Under the pieces are notes generated by a model. It saw nothing but the letters and a program-made list of their open reading frames with translations, did no database searches and was not told the origin of the DNA. From the human T2T-CHM13v2.0 reference genome, Homo sapiens, in the NCBI RefSeq assembly GCF_009914755.1, contig NC_060933.1: a DNA stretch of 64,000 nt. One strand, given 5' to 3'. Within the stretch, counting starts at the first letter, position 1. The number at the start of each line of letters is the position of its first letter. Both the position numbers and the translations under genes were made by a program. Positions 43,067 to 58,200 of the stretch are shown piece after piece.

Positions 43067-44979
43067 ACAACCCGAATGGAATGGAATGTAATGGAGTGTA
43101 AGGGAATTGAATACAATCAATCCGAATGTAATGGAATGGAATGGAACGGAATGAAATGGAATGGCATAGAATGGAATGGAATCAACCCGAGCGCAATGGA
43201 ATGGAATGGAATGGAATGGAATGGATTCAACCCGAATGGAATGGAAAGGAATGGAATAAACCCGAGTGAAATGACATGGAAGGGAATGGAATGGAATGGA
43301 ATGGTACGGAGTAGAATGGAATGGAACGAAATGGAATGGAATGGAATGGAATGGAATGGAATGGACCCGTGAGCAACGGAATGGAATGGAATGGAATGGA
43401 ATGGAAGGGAATGGAATGGGTTCAATTCGAATGGAATGGAAAGGAATGGAATCAACCGGAGTGCAATGGCATGGAATGGAATGGAATGGAATGGAATGGA
43501 ATGGAATGGAATGGATTCAACCCGAATGGAATGGAAAGGAATGGAATAAACCCGAGTGGAATGGCATGGAATGGAGTGGAATGGAATGGAATGGAATGGA
43601 ATGGAATGGAATGGAATGGAATGGAATTAACCCTAATAGAATGGAATGGAATGGAATGGAATGGAATGGAAGGGAATGGAATGGAATGGAATGGAATGGA
43701 ATGGAATTAACACGAATAGAATGGAATGGAATGCAATGGAATGGAATGAAATGGAATCAACTCGATTTCAATGGAATGGAATGGAATGGAATGGAATGGA
43801 AGGGAATGGAATGAAATTAACCCGAATAGAATGGAATGGAATGGAATGGAATGGAATGGAATGGAATAGAATGGAATCCAACCGAGTGCAGTGGAATGGA
43901 ATGGAATGGAATGCAATGGAATGGAATCATACGGAATGGAATGGAATGGAATGGAATGAAATGGAATGGAATGCAATGGAATGGAATGGAATAAACCCGA
44001 GTGGAATGGCATGGAATGGAGTGGAATGGAATTGAATGGAAGGGAATGGTACGGAATAGAATGGAATGGAACGAAATGGAATGGAATGGAATGGAATGGA
44101 ATGGAATGAACCCGTGAGCAATTGAATGGAATCGAATGGAATGGAATGCAATGGAATGGATTCAACTAGAATGGAATGGAAAGGAGTGGAATCAACCCGA
44201 GTGGAATGGCATGGCATGGAATGGAATGCAATGGAATGGAAAGGAATGGTATGGAATAGAATGGAATGGAACGAAATGGAATGGAATGGAATGGAATGCA
44301 ATGGAATGGAATGGAATACAATGGAATCCACCCGATTGCAGAGGAATGGAATGGAATGGAATGGAATGGAATGGAATGGAATGGATTCAACCCGAATGGA
44401 ATGGAAAGGAATGGAATCAACCCGAGTGGATTGGCATGGAATGGAATGGAATGGAATGGAATGGTAGGGAATAGAATGGAATGGAACGAAATGGAATGGA
44501 ATGGAATGGAATGGAATTGAATGGAATGGAATCAACCTGAGTGCAATGGAATGGAGTGGAAGGGAATGTAATGGAACGGAAACAACACGAATGGAATGGA
44601 ATGTAATGGAGTGTAACGGAATTGAATACAATCAATCCGAATGTAATGGAATGGAATGGAACGGAATGGAATGGAATGCAATGGAATGGAAAAGAATGGA
44701 ATGGAATGAAATGGAATGGCAGGGAATGGAATGGAATCAACCCGAGTGCAATGGAATGGAATAGAATGGAATGGAATGGAATGGAATGGATTCAACCCGA
44801 ATGGAAGGGAAAGGAATGGAATAAACCCGAGTGGAATGGCATGGAATGGAATGGAATGCAATGGAATGGTACGGAATAGAATGGAATGGAACGAAATGGA
44901 ATGGAATGGAATGGAATGGAATGGAATGGAAAGGAATGGAATCAACCTGAGTGCAATGGAATGGAATGGAATGGAATGG

Positions 44980-45495
44980 AATGGAATGGAATGGAAACAA
45001 CCCGAATGGAATGGAATGGAATGGAGTGTAAGGAATTGAATACAATCAATCCGAATGTAATGGAATGGAATGGAACAGAATGGAATGGAATGGAATACAG
45101 TGGAATGGATTCAAACCTAGTGCAATGGAATGGAATGGAATGGAATGGAATGGAATGGAATGGATTGGATTCAAAACAAATGGAATGGAAAGCAATAGAA
45201 TCAACCCGAGTGGAATGGCATGGAATGGAATGGAATCGAATGGAATGGAATGGAAACAACCCGAATGGAATGGAATGGAATGGAGTGTAAGGAATTGAAT
45301 ACAATCAATCCGAATGTAATGGAATGGAATGGAACAGAATGGAATGGAATGGAATACAGTGGAATGGATTCAAACCTAGTGCAATGGAATGGAATGGAAT
45401 GGAATGGAATGGAATGGAATGGATTGGATTCAAAACAAATGGAATGGAAAGCAATAGAATCAACCCGAGCGGAATGGCATGGAATGGAATGGAAT
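44980..45495 (-). repeat. 259-bp tandem duplication (2 copies)
   Basis: ggaaacaacccg at 44993 and 45252; ORFs 45065/45324. Both copies share private variants gtgtaaggaattg, ggaacagaa, atacagtgg, tcaaacctag and tcaaaacaaat. Confidence 0.92.
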
Positions 45496-46534
45496 GGAAT
45501 GGAATGGAATGGTACGGAATAGAATGCAATGGAACGAAATGGAATGGAATGGAATGGAATGGAACGGAATGGAATGGAATCATCTCGATTGCAATGGAAT
45601 GTAATGGAATGCAATGGAATTAACGCGAATAGAATGGAACGGAATGGAATGGAATGGGATGGAATGGAATCAATCCGAGTGCAGGGGAATGGAATGGAAT
45701 GGAATGCAATGGAATGGAATGTAATGGAATGGAATGCAATGGAATGGAATGGAATGGAATGGAATGCAATGGAATCAACTCGATTGCAATGGGATGGAAT
45801 GGAATGGAATGGAATGGAATGGAAGGGAATGGAATGGAATGGAATTAACCTGAACAGAATGGAATGGAATGGAATGCAACGGAATGGAATGGAATGGAAT
45901 GGAATGGAATGGAATCAACCCGATTGCAATGGAATGGAGTGGAATGGAATGGAATGGAATGGAAACAACCCGAATGGAATGGAATGTAATGGAGTGTAAG
46001 GGAATTGAATAGAATCAATACGAATGTAATGGAATGGAATGGAACGGAATGGAATGCAATGGAATGGAATGCAATGCAATGGAATGGGATCAACCCGAGT
46101 GTAATGGAATGGAATCGAAAGGAATGGAATGGAATGGAATGGTTTCAACCCGAATGGAATGGAAAGGAATGGAATCATCCCGAGTGGAATGGAATGGAAT
46201 GGAATGGAATGGAATGGAATGGAATGAACCCGTGTGCAATGTAATGGAATCGTATGGAATGGAATGGAATGGAATGGAATGGATTCAAGTCGAATGGAAT
46301 GGAAAGGAATGGAATCAACCCGAGTGGAATGGCATGGAATGGAATGGAATGAAATGGAATGGAATGGAATGGAATGGTACGGAATAGAACGGAATGAAAC
46401 GAAATGGAATGGAATGGAATGTAATGGAAAGGAATGGAATGGAATCAACCCGAGTGCAGGGGAATGGAATGGAATGGAAGGCAATGGAATGCAATCATCC
46501 GGAATTGAATGAAATGGAATGGAATGGAATGGAA

Positions 46535-49500
46535 TCAACTCGATTGCAATGGAATGTAATGGAATGGAATGGAATGGAATTAACCCTAATAGAATGGAAT
46601 GGAATGGAATGGAAGGGAATGGAATGGAATGGAATGGAATGGAATTAACCGGAATAGAATGCAATGGAATGGAATGGAATGGAATGGAATGGAATGGAAT
46701 GAAATGGAATCAACTCGATTTCAATGGAATGGAATGGAATGCAATGGAATGGAATGGAATGGAATGGAATGAAATTAACCCGAATAGAATGGAATGGAAT
46801 GGAATGGAATGGAATGGAATGGAATGGAATGGAATAGAGTGGAATGGAATGGAATGGAATAGAATGGAATCCACCCGAGTGCAAGGGAATGGAATGGAAT
46901 GGAATGGAATGCAATGGAATGGAATCATACGGAATGGAATGGAATGGAATGGAATGGAATCCATCCGATTGCAATGGAATGGAGTGGAATGGAATGGAAT
47001 GGAATGGAAACAACCCGAATGGAATGGAATGTAATGGAGAGTAAGGGAATTGAATAGAATCAATACGAATGTAATGGAATGGAATGGAACGGAATGGAAT
47101 GCAATGGAATGGGATCAACCCGAGTGAAATGGAATGGAATCGAAAGGAATGGAATGGAATGGAATGGTTTCAACCCGAATGGAATGGAAAGGAATGGAAT
47201 CAACCCGAGTGGAATGGAATGGAATGGAATGGAATGGAATGGAATGGAATGGGTTCAACTCGAATGGAATGGAAAGGAATGGAATCAACCCGAGTGGAAT
47301 GGCATGGAATGGAATGGAATGGAATGGAATGGAATGGAATGGAAGGGAATGGAATGGAATGGAATTAACCTGAACAGAATGGAAGGGAATGGAATGGAAC
47401 GGAACGGAATGGAATGGAATGGAATGGAATGGAATGGAATGCAATTGAATGGGATCAACCCGAGTACAGGGGAATGGAATGCAATGGAATGCAATGGAAT
47501 GGAATCATCCGGAATGGAATGGAATGGAATGGAATGCAATGGAATGGAATCAATCAACCCGAGTGCAATAGAATGCAGTGGAATGGAATGGAATGGTATG
47601 GAAACTACCCGAATGGAATAGAATGTAATGGAGTGTAAGGGAATTAAAAAGAATCAATCCGAATGTAATGGAATTGAATGGAACGGAATGGAATGGAATG
47701 GAATGGAATGGAATGGAATGGAATGGAATGGAATTAACCCGAATAGAATGGAATGGAATGGAATGGAAGTAAATGGAATGGAATGTAATGAACCCGAGTG
47801 CAGGGGAATGGAATGGAATGGAATGCAATGGAATGGAGTCATCCGGAATGGAACAGAAAGGAATGGAATGGAATCAACCCGTGTGCAATGGAATGGAAAG
47901 GAATGGAATGGAATGGAATGGAATGAAATGCAATGGAATGGATTCAACCCGAATGGAATGGAAAGGAAGGGAATCAACCCAAGTGGAATGGCATGGAATG
48001 GAATGGAATGGAATGGAATGGAATGGAATGGTACCGAATAGAATGGAATGGAACGAAATGGAATAGAATGGAATGGAATGGAATGGAATCAACCCGAGTG
48101 CAATGGAATGGAGTGGAATGGAAGGGAATGACATGGAAAGAACCCGAATGGAATGGAATGAAATGGAGTGTAAGGGAATTGAATACAATCAATCCGAATG
48201 TAATGGAATGGAATGGAACGGAATGGAATGGAATGGAATGGAATGGAATGGAATGCAGTGCAATGGAATCAAACCTAGTGCAATGGAATGGAATGGAATG
48301 GAATGGAATGGAATGGATTCAACCCAAATGGAATGGAAAGCAATGGAATCAACCCGAGTGGAATGGCATGGAATGGAATGGAATGGAATGGAATGGAATG
48401 GATTGGAATGGAATGGAATGGAATGGTACGGAATAGAATGGAAGGGAACGAAATGGAATGGAATGGAATGGAATGGAACGGAATGGAATGGAATCAACTC
48501 GATTGCAATGGAATGTAATGGAATGGAATGGAATGCAATTATCGCGAATAGAATGGAATGGAATGGAACGGAATGGAATGGAATGGAATGGAATGGAATC
48601 GAATGGAATCAACCTGAGTGCAGGGGAATGGAATGGAATGGAATGCAATGGAATGTAATGGAATGGAATGCAATGGAATTAACTCGATTGCAATGGGATG
48701 GAATGGAATGGAATGGAAGGGAAAGGAATAGAAAGGAATTAACCTGAACAGAATGGAATGGAATGGAATGGAACGGAATGGAATGGAATGGGTTCAACTC
48801 GAATGGAATGGAAAGGAATGGAATCAACACGAGTGGAATGGCATGGAATGGAATGGAATGGAATGGAATGGAATGGAATGGAAAGGAATGGAAAGGAATG
48901 GAATGGAATGAAATGTAATGGAATGGAATGGAATGGAATCAACCCGAGTGCAGTGTAATGGAATCGAATGGAATGGAATGGAATGGAATGGATTCAACAC
49001 GAATGGAATGGAAAGGAATGGAATAAACCCGCGTGGAATGGCATGGAATGGAGTGGAATGGAATGAAATGTAAAGGAATGGAATGGAATGGAATCAACCC
49101 GAGTGCAATGTAATGGAATCGAATGGAATGGAATGGAATGGAATGGATTCAACCCGAATGGAATGGAAAGGAATGGAATAAACCCGAGTGGAATGGCATG
49201 GAATGGAATGGAATGGAATGGAATGGAATGGAATGGTACGGAATAGAATGGAATGGAACGAAATGGAATGGAATGGAATGGAATGGAACGGAATGGAATG
49301 GAATCAACTCGATTGCAATGGAATGTGATGGAATGGAATGGAATGCAATTAACGCGAATAGAATGGAATGGAATGGAATGGAACGGAATGGAATGGAATG
49401 GAATGGAATGGAATCGAATGGAATCAACCTGAGTGCAGGGGAATGGAATGGAATGGAATGCAATGGAATGTAATGGAATGGAATGCAATGGAATGAACTC

Positions 49501-52500
49501 GATTGCAATGGGATGGAATGGAATGGAATGGAAGGGAAAGGAATAGAATGGAATTAACCTGAACAGAATGGAATGGAATGGAATGGAACGGAATGGAATG
49601 GAACGGAATGGAATGGAATGGAATGGAATGAACCCGTGTGCAATGAAATGGAATGGAATGGAATGGAATGGAATGGAATGGAAACATCCCGAGTGCATGG
49701 TAATGGAATGGAATGAAAGGCAATGGAATGGAATCATCCGGAATGGATTGGAATGGAATGGAATGGAATGGAATGGAATCAACTCGATTGCAATGGAATG
49801 GAATGGAATGGAATGGAATGGAATGGAATGGAATTAACCCGAATAGAATCGAATGGAATGGAATGGAATGGAATGGAATGGAATGGAAGGGAATGGAATG
49901 TAATGGAATGGAATGGAATTAACCCGAATAGAATGGAATGGAACGTAAAGGAAGGGAATGGAATGTAATCAACTCGAGTGCAGGGGAAAGCAAAGCAATG
50001 GAATGAAATGGAATGGAGTCATACGGAATGGAAGGGAATGGAATGGAATCAACCAGAGTGCAATGGAATGGAGTGGAATGGAATGGAATAGAATGGAAAC
50101 AACACGAATGGAATAGAATGTATTGGAGTGTAAGGGAATTGAATAGAATCAATAGAATCAATCAATCAATCCGAATGTAATTGAATGGAACGGAAAGGAA
50201 TGGAAAGGAATGGAATGGAATGGAATGGAATGGAATGGAATGGAATGAAATGGAATGGCATGGAATGGAATGGAATCAACCCGAGTTCAATGGAATTGAA
50301 TGGAATGGAATGGAATGGAACGGAATGGAATGGAATGGAATCAACTCGATTGCAATGGAATGGAAAGGAATGGAATGGAATGGAATGGAATGGAATGGAA
50401 TGGAATGGAATGGAATTAACCCTACTAGAATGGAATGGAATGGAATGGAATGGAATAGAATGGAATGGAAGGGAATGGAATGGAATGGAATGGAATGGAA
50501 TTAACCCGAATAGAATGGAATGGAATGGAATGGAATGGAATGGAATGGAATGGAATCAACTCGATTTGAATGGAATGGAATGAAATGGAATGGAATGCAA
50601 TGGAAGGGAATGGAATGGAATGGAATGATATTAACCCGAATAGAATGGAATGGAATGGAATGGAATGGAATGGAATGGAATGGAATAGAATGGAATCCAC
50701 CCGAGTGCAGGGGAATGGAATGGAATGGAATGCAATGGAATGGAATCATACGGAATGGAATGGAATGGAATGGAATGCAATGGAATGGAATGGAATCAAC
50801 CCGATTGCAATGGAATGGAGTGGAATGGAATGGAATGGAATGGAAACAACTCGAATGGAATGGAATGTAATGGAGAGTAAGGGAATTGAATAGAATCAAT
50901 ACGAATGTAATGGAATGGAATGGAACGGAATGGAATGCAATGGAATGGAATGGAATGCAATGGAATGGGATCAACCCGAGTGAAATGGAATGGAATCGAA
51001 AGGAATGGAATGGAATGGAATGGTTTCAACCCGAATGGAATGGAAAGGAATGGAATCAACCCGAGTGGAATGGAATGGAATGGAATGGAATGGGTTCAAC
51101 TCGAATGGAATGGAAAGGAATGGAATCAACCCGAGTGGAATGGCATGGAATGGAATGGAATGGAATGGAATGGAATGGAAGGGAATGGAATGGAATGGAA
51201 TTAACCTGAACAGAATGGAAGGGAATGGAATGGAACGGAACGGAATGGAATGGAATGGAATGGAATGGAATGGAATGCAATGGAATGGGATCAACCCGAG
51301 TACAGGGGAATGGAATGCAAGGGAATGCAATGGAATGGAATCATCCGGAATGGAATGGAATGGAATGGCATGCAATGGAATGGAATCAATCAACCCGACT
51401 GCAATAGAATGCAGTGGAATGGAATGGAATGGTATGGAAACTACCCGAATGGAATAGAATGTAATGGAGTGTAAGGGAATTAAAAAGAATCAATCCGAAT
51501 GTAATGGAATTGAATGGAACGGAATGGAATGGAATGGAATGGAATGGAATGGAATGGAATGGAATTAACCCGAATAGAATGGAATGGAATGGAATGGAAT
51601 GGAATGGAAGTAAATGGAATGGAATGTAATGAACCCGAGTGCAGGGGAATGGAATGGAATGGAATTCAATGGAATGGAGTCATCCGGAATGGAACAGAAA
51701 GGAATGGAATGGAATCAACCCGTGTGCAATGGAATGGAAAGGAATGGAATGGAATGGAATGGAATGGAATGGAATGGAATGGATTCAACCCGAATGGAAT
51801 GGAAAGGAAGGGAATCAACCCAAGTGGAATGGCATGGAATGGAATGGAATGGAATGGAATGGAATGGAATGGTTCCGAATAGAATGGAATGGAACGAAAT
51901 GGAATAGAATGGAATGGAATGGAATGGAATCAACCCGAGTGCAATGGAATGGAGTGGAATGGAAGGGAATGACATGGAAACAACCCGAATGGAATGGAAT
52001 GAAATGGAGTGTAAGGGAATTGAATACAATCAATCCGAATGTAATGGAATGGAATGGAACGGAATGGAATGGAATGGAATGGAATGGAATGCAGTGGAAT
52101 GGAATCAAACCTAGTGCAATGGAATGGAATGGAATGGAATGGAATGGAATGGATTCAACCCAAATGGAATGGAAAGCAATGGAATCAACCCGAGTGGAAT
52201 GGCATCGAATGGAATGGAATGGAATGGAATGGAATGGATTGGAATGGAATGGAATGGAATGGTACGGAATAGAATGGAATGGAACGAAATGGAATGGAAT
52301 GGAATGGAATGGAACGGAATGGAATGGAATCAACTCGATTGCAATGGAATGTAATGGAATGGAATGGAATGCTATTATCGCGAATAGAATGGAATGGAAT
52401 GGAATGGAACGGAATGGAATGGAATGGAATGGAATGGAATCGAATGGAATCAACCTGAGTGCAGGGGAATGGAATGGAATGGAATGCAATGGAATGTAAT

Positions 52501-55500
52501 GGAATGGAATGCAATGGAATCAACTCGATTGCAATGGGATGGAATGGAATGGAATGGAAGGGAAAGGAATAGAATGGAATTAACCTGAACAGAATGGAAT
52601 GGAATGGAATGGAACGGAATGGAATGGAACGGAATGGAATGGAATGGAATGGAATGAACCCGTGTGCAATGGAATGGAATGGAATGGAATGGAATGGAAT
52701 GGAATGGGTTCAACTCGAATGGAATGGAAAGGAATGGAATCAACACGAGTGGAATGGCATGGAATGGAATGGAATGGAATGGAATGGAATGGAAAGGAAT
52801 GGAATGGAATGAAATGTAATGGAATGGAATGGAATGGAATCAACCCGAGTGCAGTGTAATGGAATCGAATGGAATGGAATGGAATGGAATGGATTCAACA
52901 CGAATGGAATGGAAAGGAATGGAATAAACCCGCGTGGAATGGCATGGAATGGAGTGGAATGGAATGAAAAGTAAAGGAATGGAATGGAATGGAATCAACC
53001 AGAGTGCAAAGTAATGGAATCGAATGGAATGGAATGGAATGGAATGGATTCAACCCGAATGGAATGGAAAGGAATGGAATAAAACCGAGTGGAATGGCAT
53101 GGAATGGAATGGAATGGAATGGAATGGAATGGAATGGAATGGAATGGAATGGAATGGTACGGAATAGAATGGAATGGAACGAAATGGAATGGAATGGAAT
53201 GGAATGGAACGGAATGGAATGGAATCAACTCGATTGCAATGGAATGTGATGGAATGGAATGGAATGCAATTAACGCGAATAGAATGGAATGGAATGGAAT
53301 GGAACGGAATGGAATGGAATGGAATGGAATGGAATCGAATGGAATCAACCTGAGTGCAGGGGAATGGAATGGAATGGAATGCAATGGAATGTAATGGAAT
53401 GGAATGCAATGGAATGAACTCGATTGCAATGGGATGGAATGGAATGGAATGGAAGGGAAAGGAATAGAATGGAATTAACCTGAACAGAATGGAATGGAAT
53501 GGAATGGAACGGAATGGAATGGAACGGAATGGAATGGAATGGAATGGAATGAACCCGTGTGCAATGAAATGGAATGGAATGGAATGGAATGGAATGGAAT
53601 GGAAACAACCCGAGTGCATGGTAATGGAATGGAATGAAAGGCAATGGAATGGAATCATCCGGAATGGATTGGAATGGAATGGAATGGAATGGAATGGAAT
53701 CAACTCGATTGCAATGGAATGGAATGGAATGGAATGGAATGGAATGGAATGGAATGGAATTAACCCGAATAGAATCGAATGGAATGGAATGGAATGGAAT
53801 GGAATGGAATGGAATGGAAGGGAATGGAATGTAATGGAATGGAATGGAATTAACCCGAATAGAATGGAATGGAACGTAAAGGAAGGGAATGGAATGTAAT
53901 CAACTCGAGTGCAGGGGAAAGCAATGCAATGGAATGAAATGGAATGGAGTCATACGGAATGGAAGGGAATGGAATGGAATCAACCAGAGTGCAATGGAAT
54001 GGAGTGGAATGGAATGGAATAGAATGGAAACAACACGAATGGAATAGAATGTATTGGAGTGTAAGGGAATTGAATAGAATCAATAGAATCAATCAATCAA
54101 TCCGAATGTAATTGAATGGAACGGAAAGGAATGGAATGCAATGGAATGGAATGGAATGGAATGGAATGGAATGAAATGGAATGGCATGGAATGGAATGGA
54201 ATCAACCCGAGTTCAATGGAATTGAATGGAATGGAATGGAATGGAACGGAATGGAATGGAATGGAATCAACTCGATTGCAATGGAATGGAAAGGAATGGA
54301 ATGGAATGGAATGGAATGGAATGGAATGGAATTAACCCTACTAGAATGGAATGGAATGGAATGGAATGGAATGGAATAGAATGGAATGGAAGGGAATGGA
54401 ATGGAATGGAATGGAATGGAATTAACCCGAATAGAATGGAATGGAATGGAATGGAATGGAATGGAATGGAATGGAATGGAATCAACTCGATTTGAATGGA
54501 ATGGAATGAAATGGAATGGAATGCAATGGAAGGGAATGGAATGGAATGGAATGATATTAACCCGAATAGAATGGAATGGAATGGAATGGAATGGAATGGA
54601 ATGGAATGGAATAGAATGGAATCCACCCGAGTGCAGGGGAATGGAATGGAATGGAATGCAATGGAATGGAATCATACGGAATGGAATGGAATGGAATGGA
54701 ATGCAATGGAATGGAATGGAATCAACCCGATTGCAATGGAATGGAGTGGAATGGAATGGAATGGAATGGAAACAACTCGAATGGAATGGAATGTAATGGA
54801 GAGTAAGGGAATTGAATAGAATCAATACGAATGTAATGGAATGGAATGGAACGGAATGGAATGCAATGGAATGGAATGGAATGCAATGGAATGGGATCAA
54901 CCCGAGTGAAATGGAATGGAATCGAAAGGAATGGAATGGAATGGAATGGTTTCAACCCGAATGGAATGGAAAGGAATGGAATCAACCCGAGTGGAATGGA
55001 ATGGAATGGAATGGAATGGGTTCAACTCGAATGGAATGGAAAGGAATGGAATCAACCCGAGTGGAATGGCATGGAATGGAATGGAATGGAATGGAATGGA
55101 ATGGAATGGAAGGGAATGGAATGGAATGGAATTAACCTGAACAGAATGGAAGGGAATGGAATGGAACGGAACGGAATGGAATGGAATGGAATGGAATGGA
55201 ATGGAATGCAATGGAATGGGATCAACCCGAGTACAGGGGAATGGAATGCAATGGAATGCAATGGAATGGAATCATCCGGAATGGAATGGAATGGAATGGC
55301 ATGCAATGGAATGGAATCAATCAACCCGACTGCAATAGAATGCAGTGGAATGGAATGGAATGGTATGGAAACTACCCGAATGGAATAGAATGTAATGGAG
55401 TGTAAGGGAATTAAAAAGAATCAATCCGAATGTAATGGAATTGAATGGAACGGAATGGAATGGAATGGAATGGAATGGAATGGAATGGAATGGAATTAAC

Positions 55501-58200
55501 CCGAATAGAATGGAATGGAATGGAATGGAATGGAATGGAAGTAAATGGAATGGAATGTAATGAACCCGAGTGCAGGGGAATGGAATGGAATGGAATGCAA
55601 TGGAATGGAGTCATCCGGAATGGAACAGAAAGGAATGGAATGCAATCAACCCGTGTGCAATGGAATGGAAAGGAATGGAATGGAATGGAATGGAATGGAA
55701 TGGAATGGAATGGAATGGATTCAACCCGAATGGAATGGAAAGGAAGGGAATCAACCCAAGTGGAATGGCATGGAATGGAATGGAATGGAATGGAATGGAA
55801 TGGAATGGAATGGTACCGAATAGAATGGAATGGAACGAAATGGAATAGAATGGAATGGAATGGAATGGAATCAACCCGAGTGCAATGGAATGGAGTGGAA
55901 TGGAATGGAATGACATGGAAACAACCCGAATGGAATGGAATGAAATGGAGTGTAAGGGAATTGAATACAATCAATCCGAATGTAATGGAATGGAATGGAA
56001 CGGAATGGAATGGAATGGAATGGAATGCAGTGGAATGGAATCAAACCTAGTGCAATGGAATGGAATGGAATGGAATGGAATGGAATGGAATGGAATGGAT
56101 TCAACCCAAATGGAATGGAAAGCAATGGAATCAACCCGAGTGGAATGGCATGGAATGGAATGGAATGGAATGGAATGGAATGGAATGGAATGGAATGGTA
56201 CGGAATAGAATGGAATGGAATGAAATGGAATGGAATGGAATGGAATGGAACGTAATGGAATGGAATCAACTCGATTGCAATGGAATGTAATGGAATGGAA
56301 TGGAATGCAATTAACGAGAATAGAATGGAATGGAACGGAATGGAATGGAATGGAATGGAATGGAATCGAATGGAATCAACCTGAGTGCAGGGGAATGGAA
56401 TGGAATGGAATGCAATGGAATGTAATGGAATGGAATGCAATGGAATCAACTCGATTGCAATGGGATGGAATGGAATGGAATGGAAGGGAAAGGAATAGAA
56501 TGGAATTAACCTGAACAGAATGGAATGGAATGGAATGGAACGGAATGGAATGGAAGGGAATGGAATGGAATGGAATGGAATGAACCCGTGTGCAATGGAA
56601 TGGAATGGAATGGAATGGAATGGAATGGAATGGGTTCAACTCGAATGGAATGGAAAGGAATGGAATCAACACGAGTGGAATGGCATGGAATGGAATGGAA
56701 TGGAATGGAATGGAATGGAATGGAATGAAATGTAATGGAATGGAATGGAATGGAATCAACCCGAGTGCAGTGTAATGGAATGGAATGGAATGGAATGGAA
56801 TGGAATGGATTCAACACGAATGGAATGGAAAGGAATGGAATAAACCCGCGTGGAATGGCATGGAATGGAGTGGAATGGAATGAAATGTAAAGGAATGGAA
56901 TGGAATGGAATCAACCCGAGTGCAATGTAATGGAATCGAATGGAATGGAATGGAATGGAATGGATTCAACCCGAATGGAATGGAAAGGAATGGAATAAAC
57001 TCGAGTGGAATGGCATGGAATGGAATGGAATGGAATGGAATGGAATGGAATGGAATGGAATAGAATGGTACGGAATAGAATGGAATGGAAAGAAATGGAA
57101 TGGAATGGAATGGAATGGAACGGAATGGAATGGAATCAACTCGATTGCAATGGAATGTGATGGAATGGAATGCAATGCAATTAACGCGAATAGAATGGAA
57201 TGGAATGGAATGGAACGGAATGGAATGGAATGGAATGGAATGGAATGGAATCGAATGGAATCAACCTGAGTGCAGGGGAATGGAATGGCATGGAATGCAA
57301 TGGAATGTAATGGAATGGAATGCAATGGAATCAACTCGATTGCAATGGGATGGAATGGAATGGAATGGAAGGGAAAGGAATAGAATGGAATTAACCTGAA
57401 CAGAATGGAATGGAATGGAATGGAACGGAATGGAATGGAACGGAATGGAATGGAATGGAATGGAATGAACCCGTGTGCAATGAAATGGAATGGAATGGAA
57501 TGGAATGGAATGGAATGGAAACAACCCGAGTGCATGGTAATGGAATGGAATGAAAGGCAATGGAATGGAATCATCCGGAATGGAATGGAATGGAATGGAA
57601 TGGAATGGAATGGAATCAACTCGATTGCAATGGAATGGAATGGAATGGAATGGAATGGAATGGAATGGAATGGAATGGAATTAACCCGAATAGAATCGAA
57701 TGGAATGGAATGGAATTGAATGGAATGGAATGGAATGGAAGAGAATGGAATGTAATGGAATGGAATGGAATTAACCCGAATAGAATGGAATGGAACGGAA
57801 AGGAAGGGAATGGAATGTAATCAACTCGAGTGCAGGGGAAAGCAATGCAATGGAATGAAATGGAATGGAGTCATACGGAATGGAAGGGAATGGAATGGAA
57901 TCAACCAGAGTGCAATGGAATGGAGTGGAATGGAATGGAATAGAATGGAAACAACACGAATGGAATAGAATGTATTGGAGTGTAAGGGAATTGAATAGAA
58001 TCAATAGAATCAATCAATCAATCCGAATGTAATTGAATGGAATGGAAAGGAATGGAATGGAATGGAATGGAATGGAATGGAATGGAATGGAATGGAATGA
58101 AATGGAATGGCATGGAATGGAATGGAATCAACCCGAGTTCAATGGAATGGAATGGAATGGAATGGAATGGAATGGAATGGAATCAACTCGATTGCAATGG
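46535..58200 (-). repeat. ~3.9-kb higher-order repeat, three tandem copies (starts ~46535, 50341, 54267; ~3806, 3926, 3916 bp)
   Basis: Markers aattaaaaagaatc (~47643/51478/55409), ggaagtaaatgg, gcaggggaaagca and aatagaatcaatcaatcaatcc (~50151/54082/58003). ORF triplet 49919/53850/57771. Confidence 0.92.
50156..50171 (+). repeat. (AATC)4 micro-repeat within a 17-bp insertion, one per 3.9-kb unit (also 54087-54102 and 58008-58023)
   Basis: gaatagaatcaatagaatcaatcaatcaatccgaatg versus the usual gaatagaatcaatccgaatg. Confidence 0.9.

Noticed and set aside
43001-43372. Chimeric ORF crossing the junction (IPFHS then MEWNG)
   Set aside because: It merely reports the strand switch; there is no evidence of coding function.
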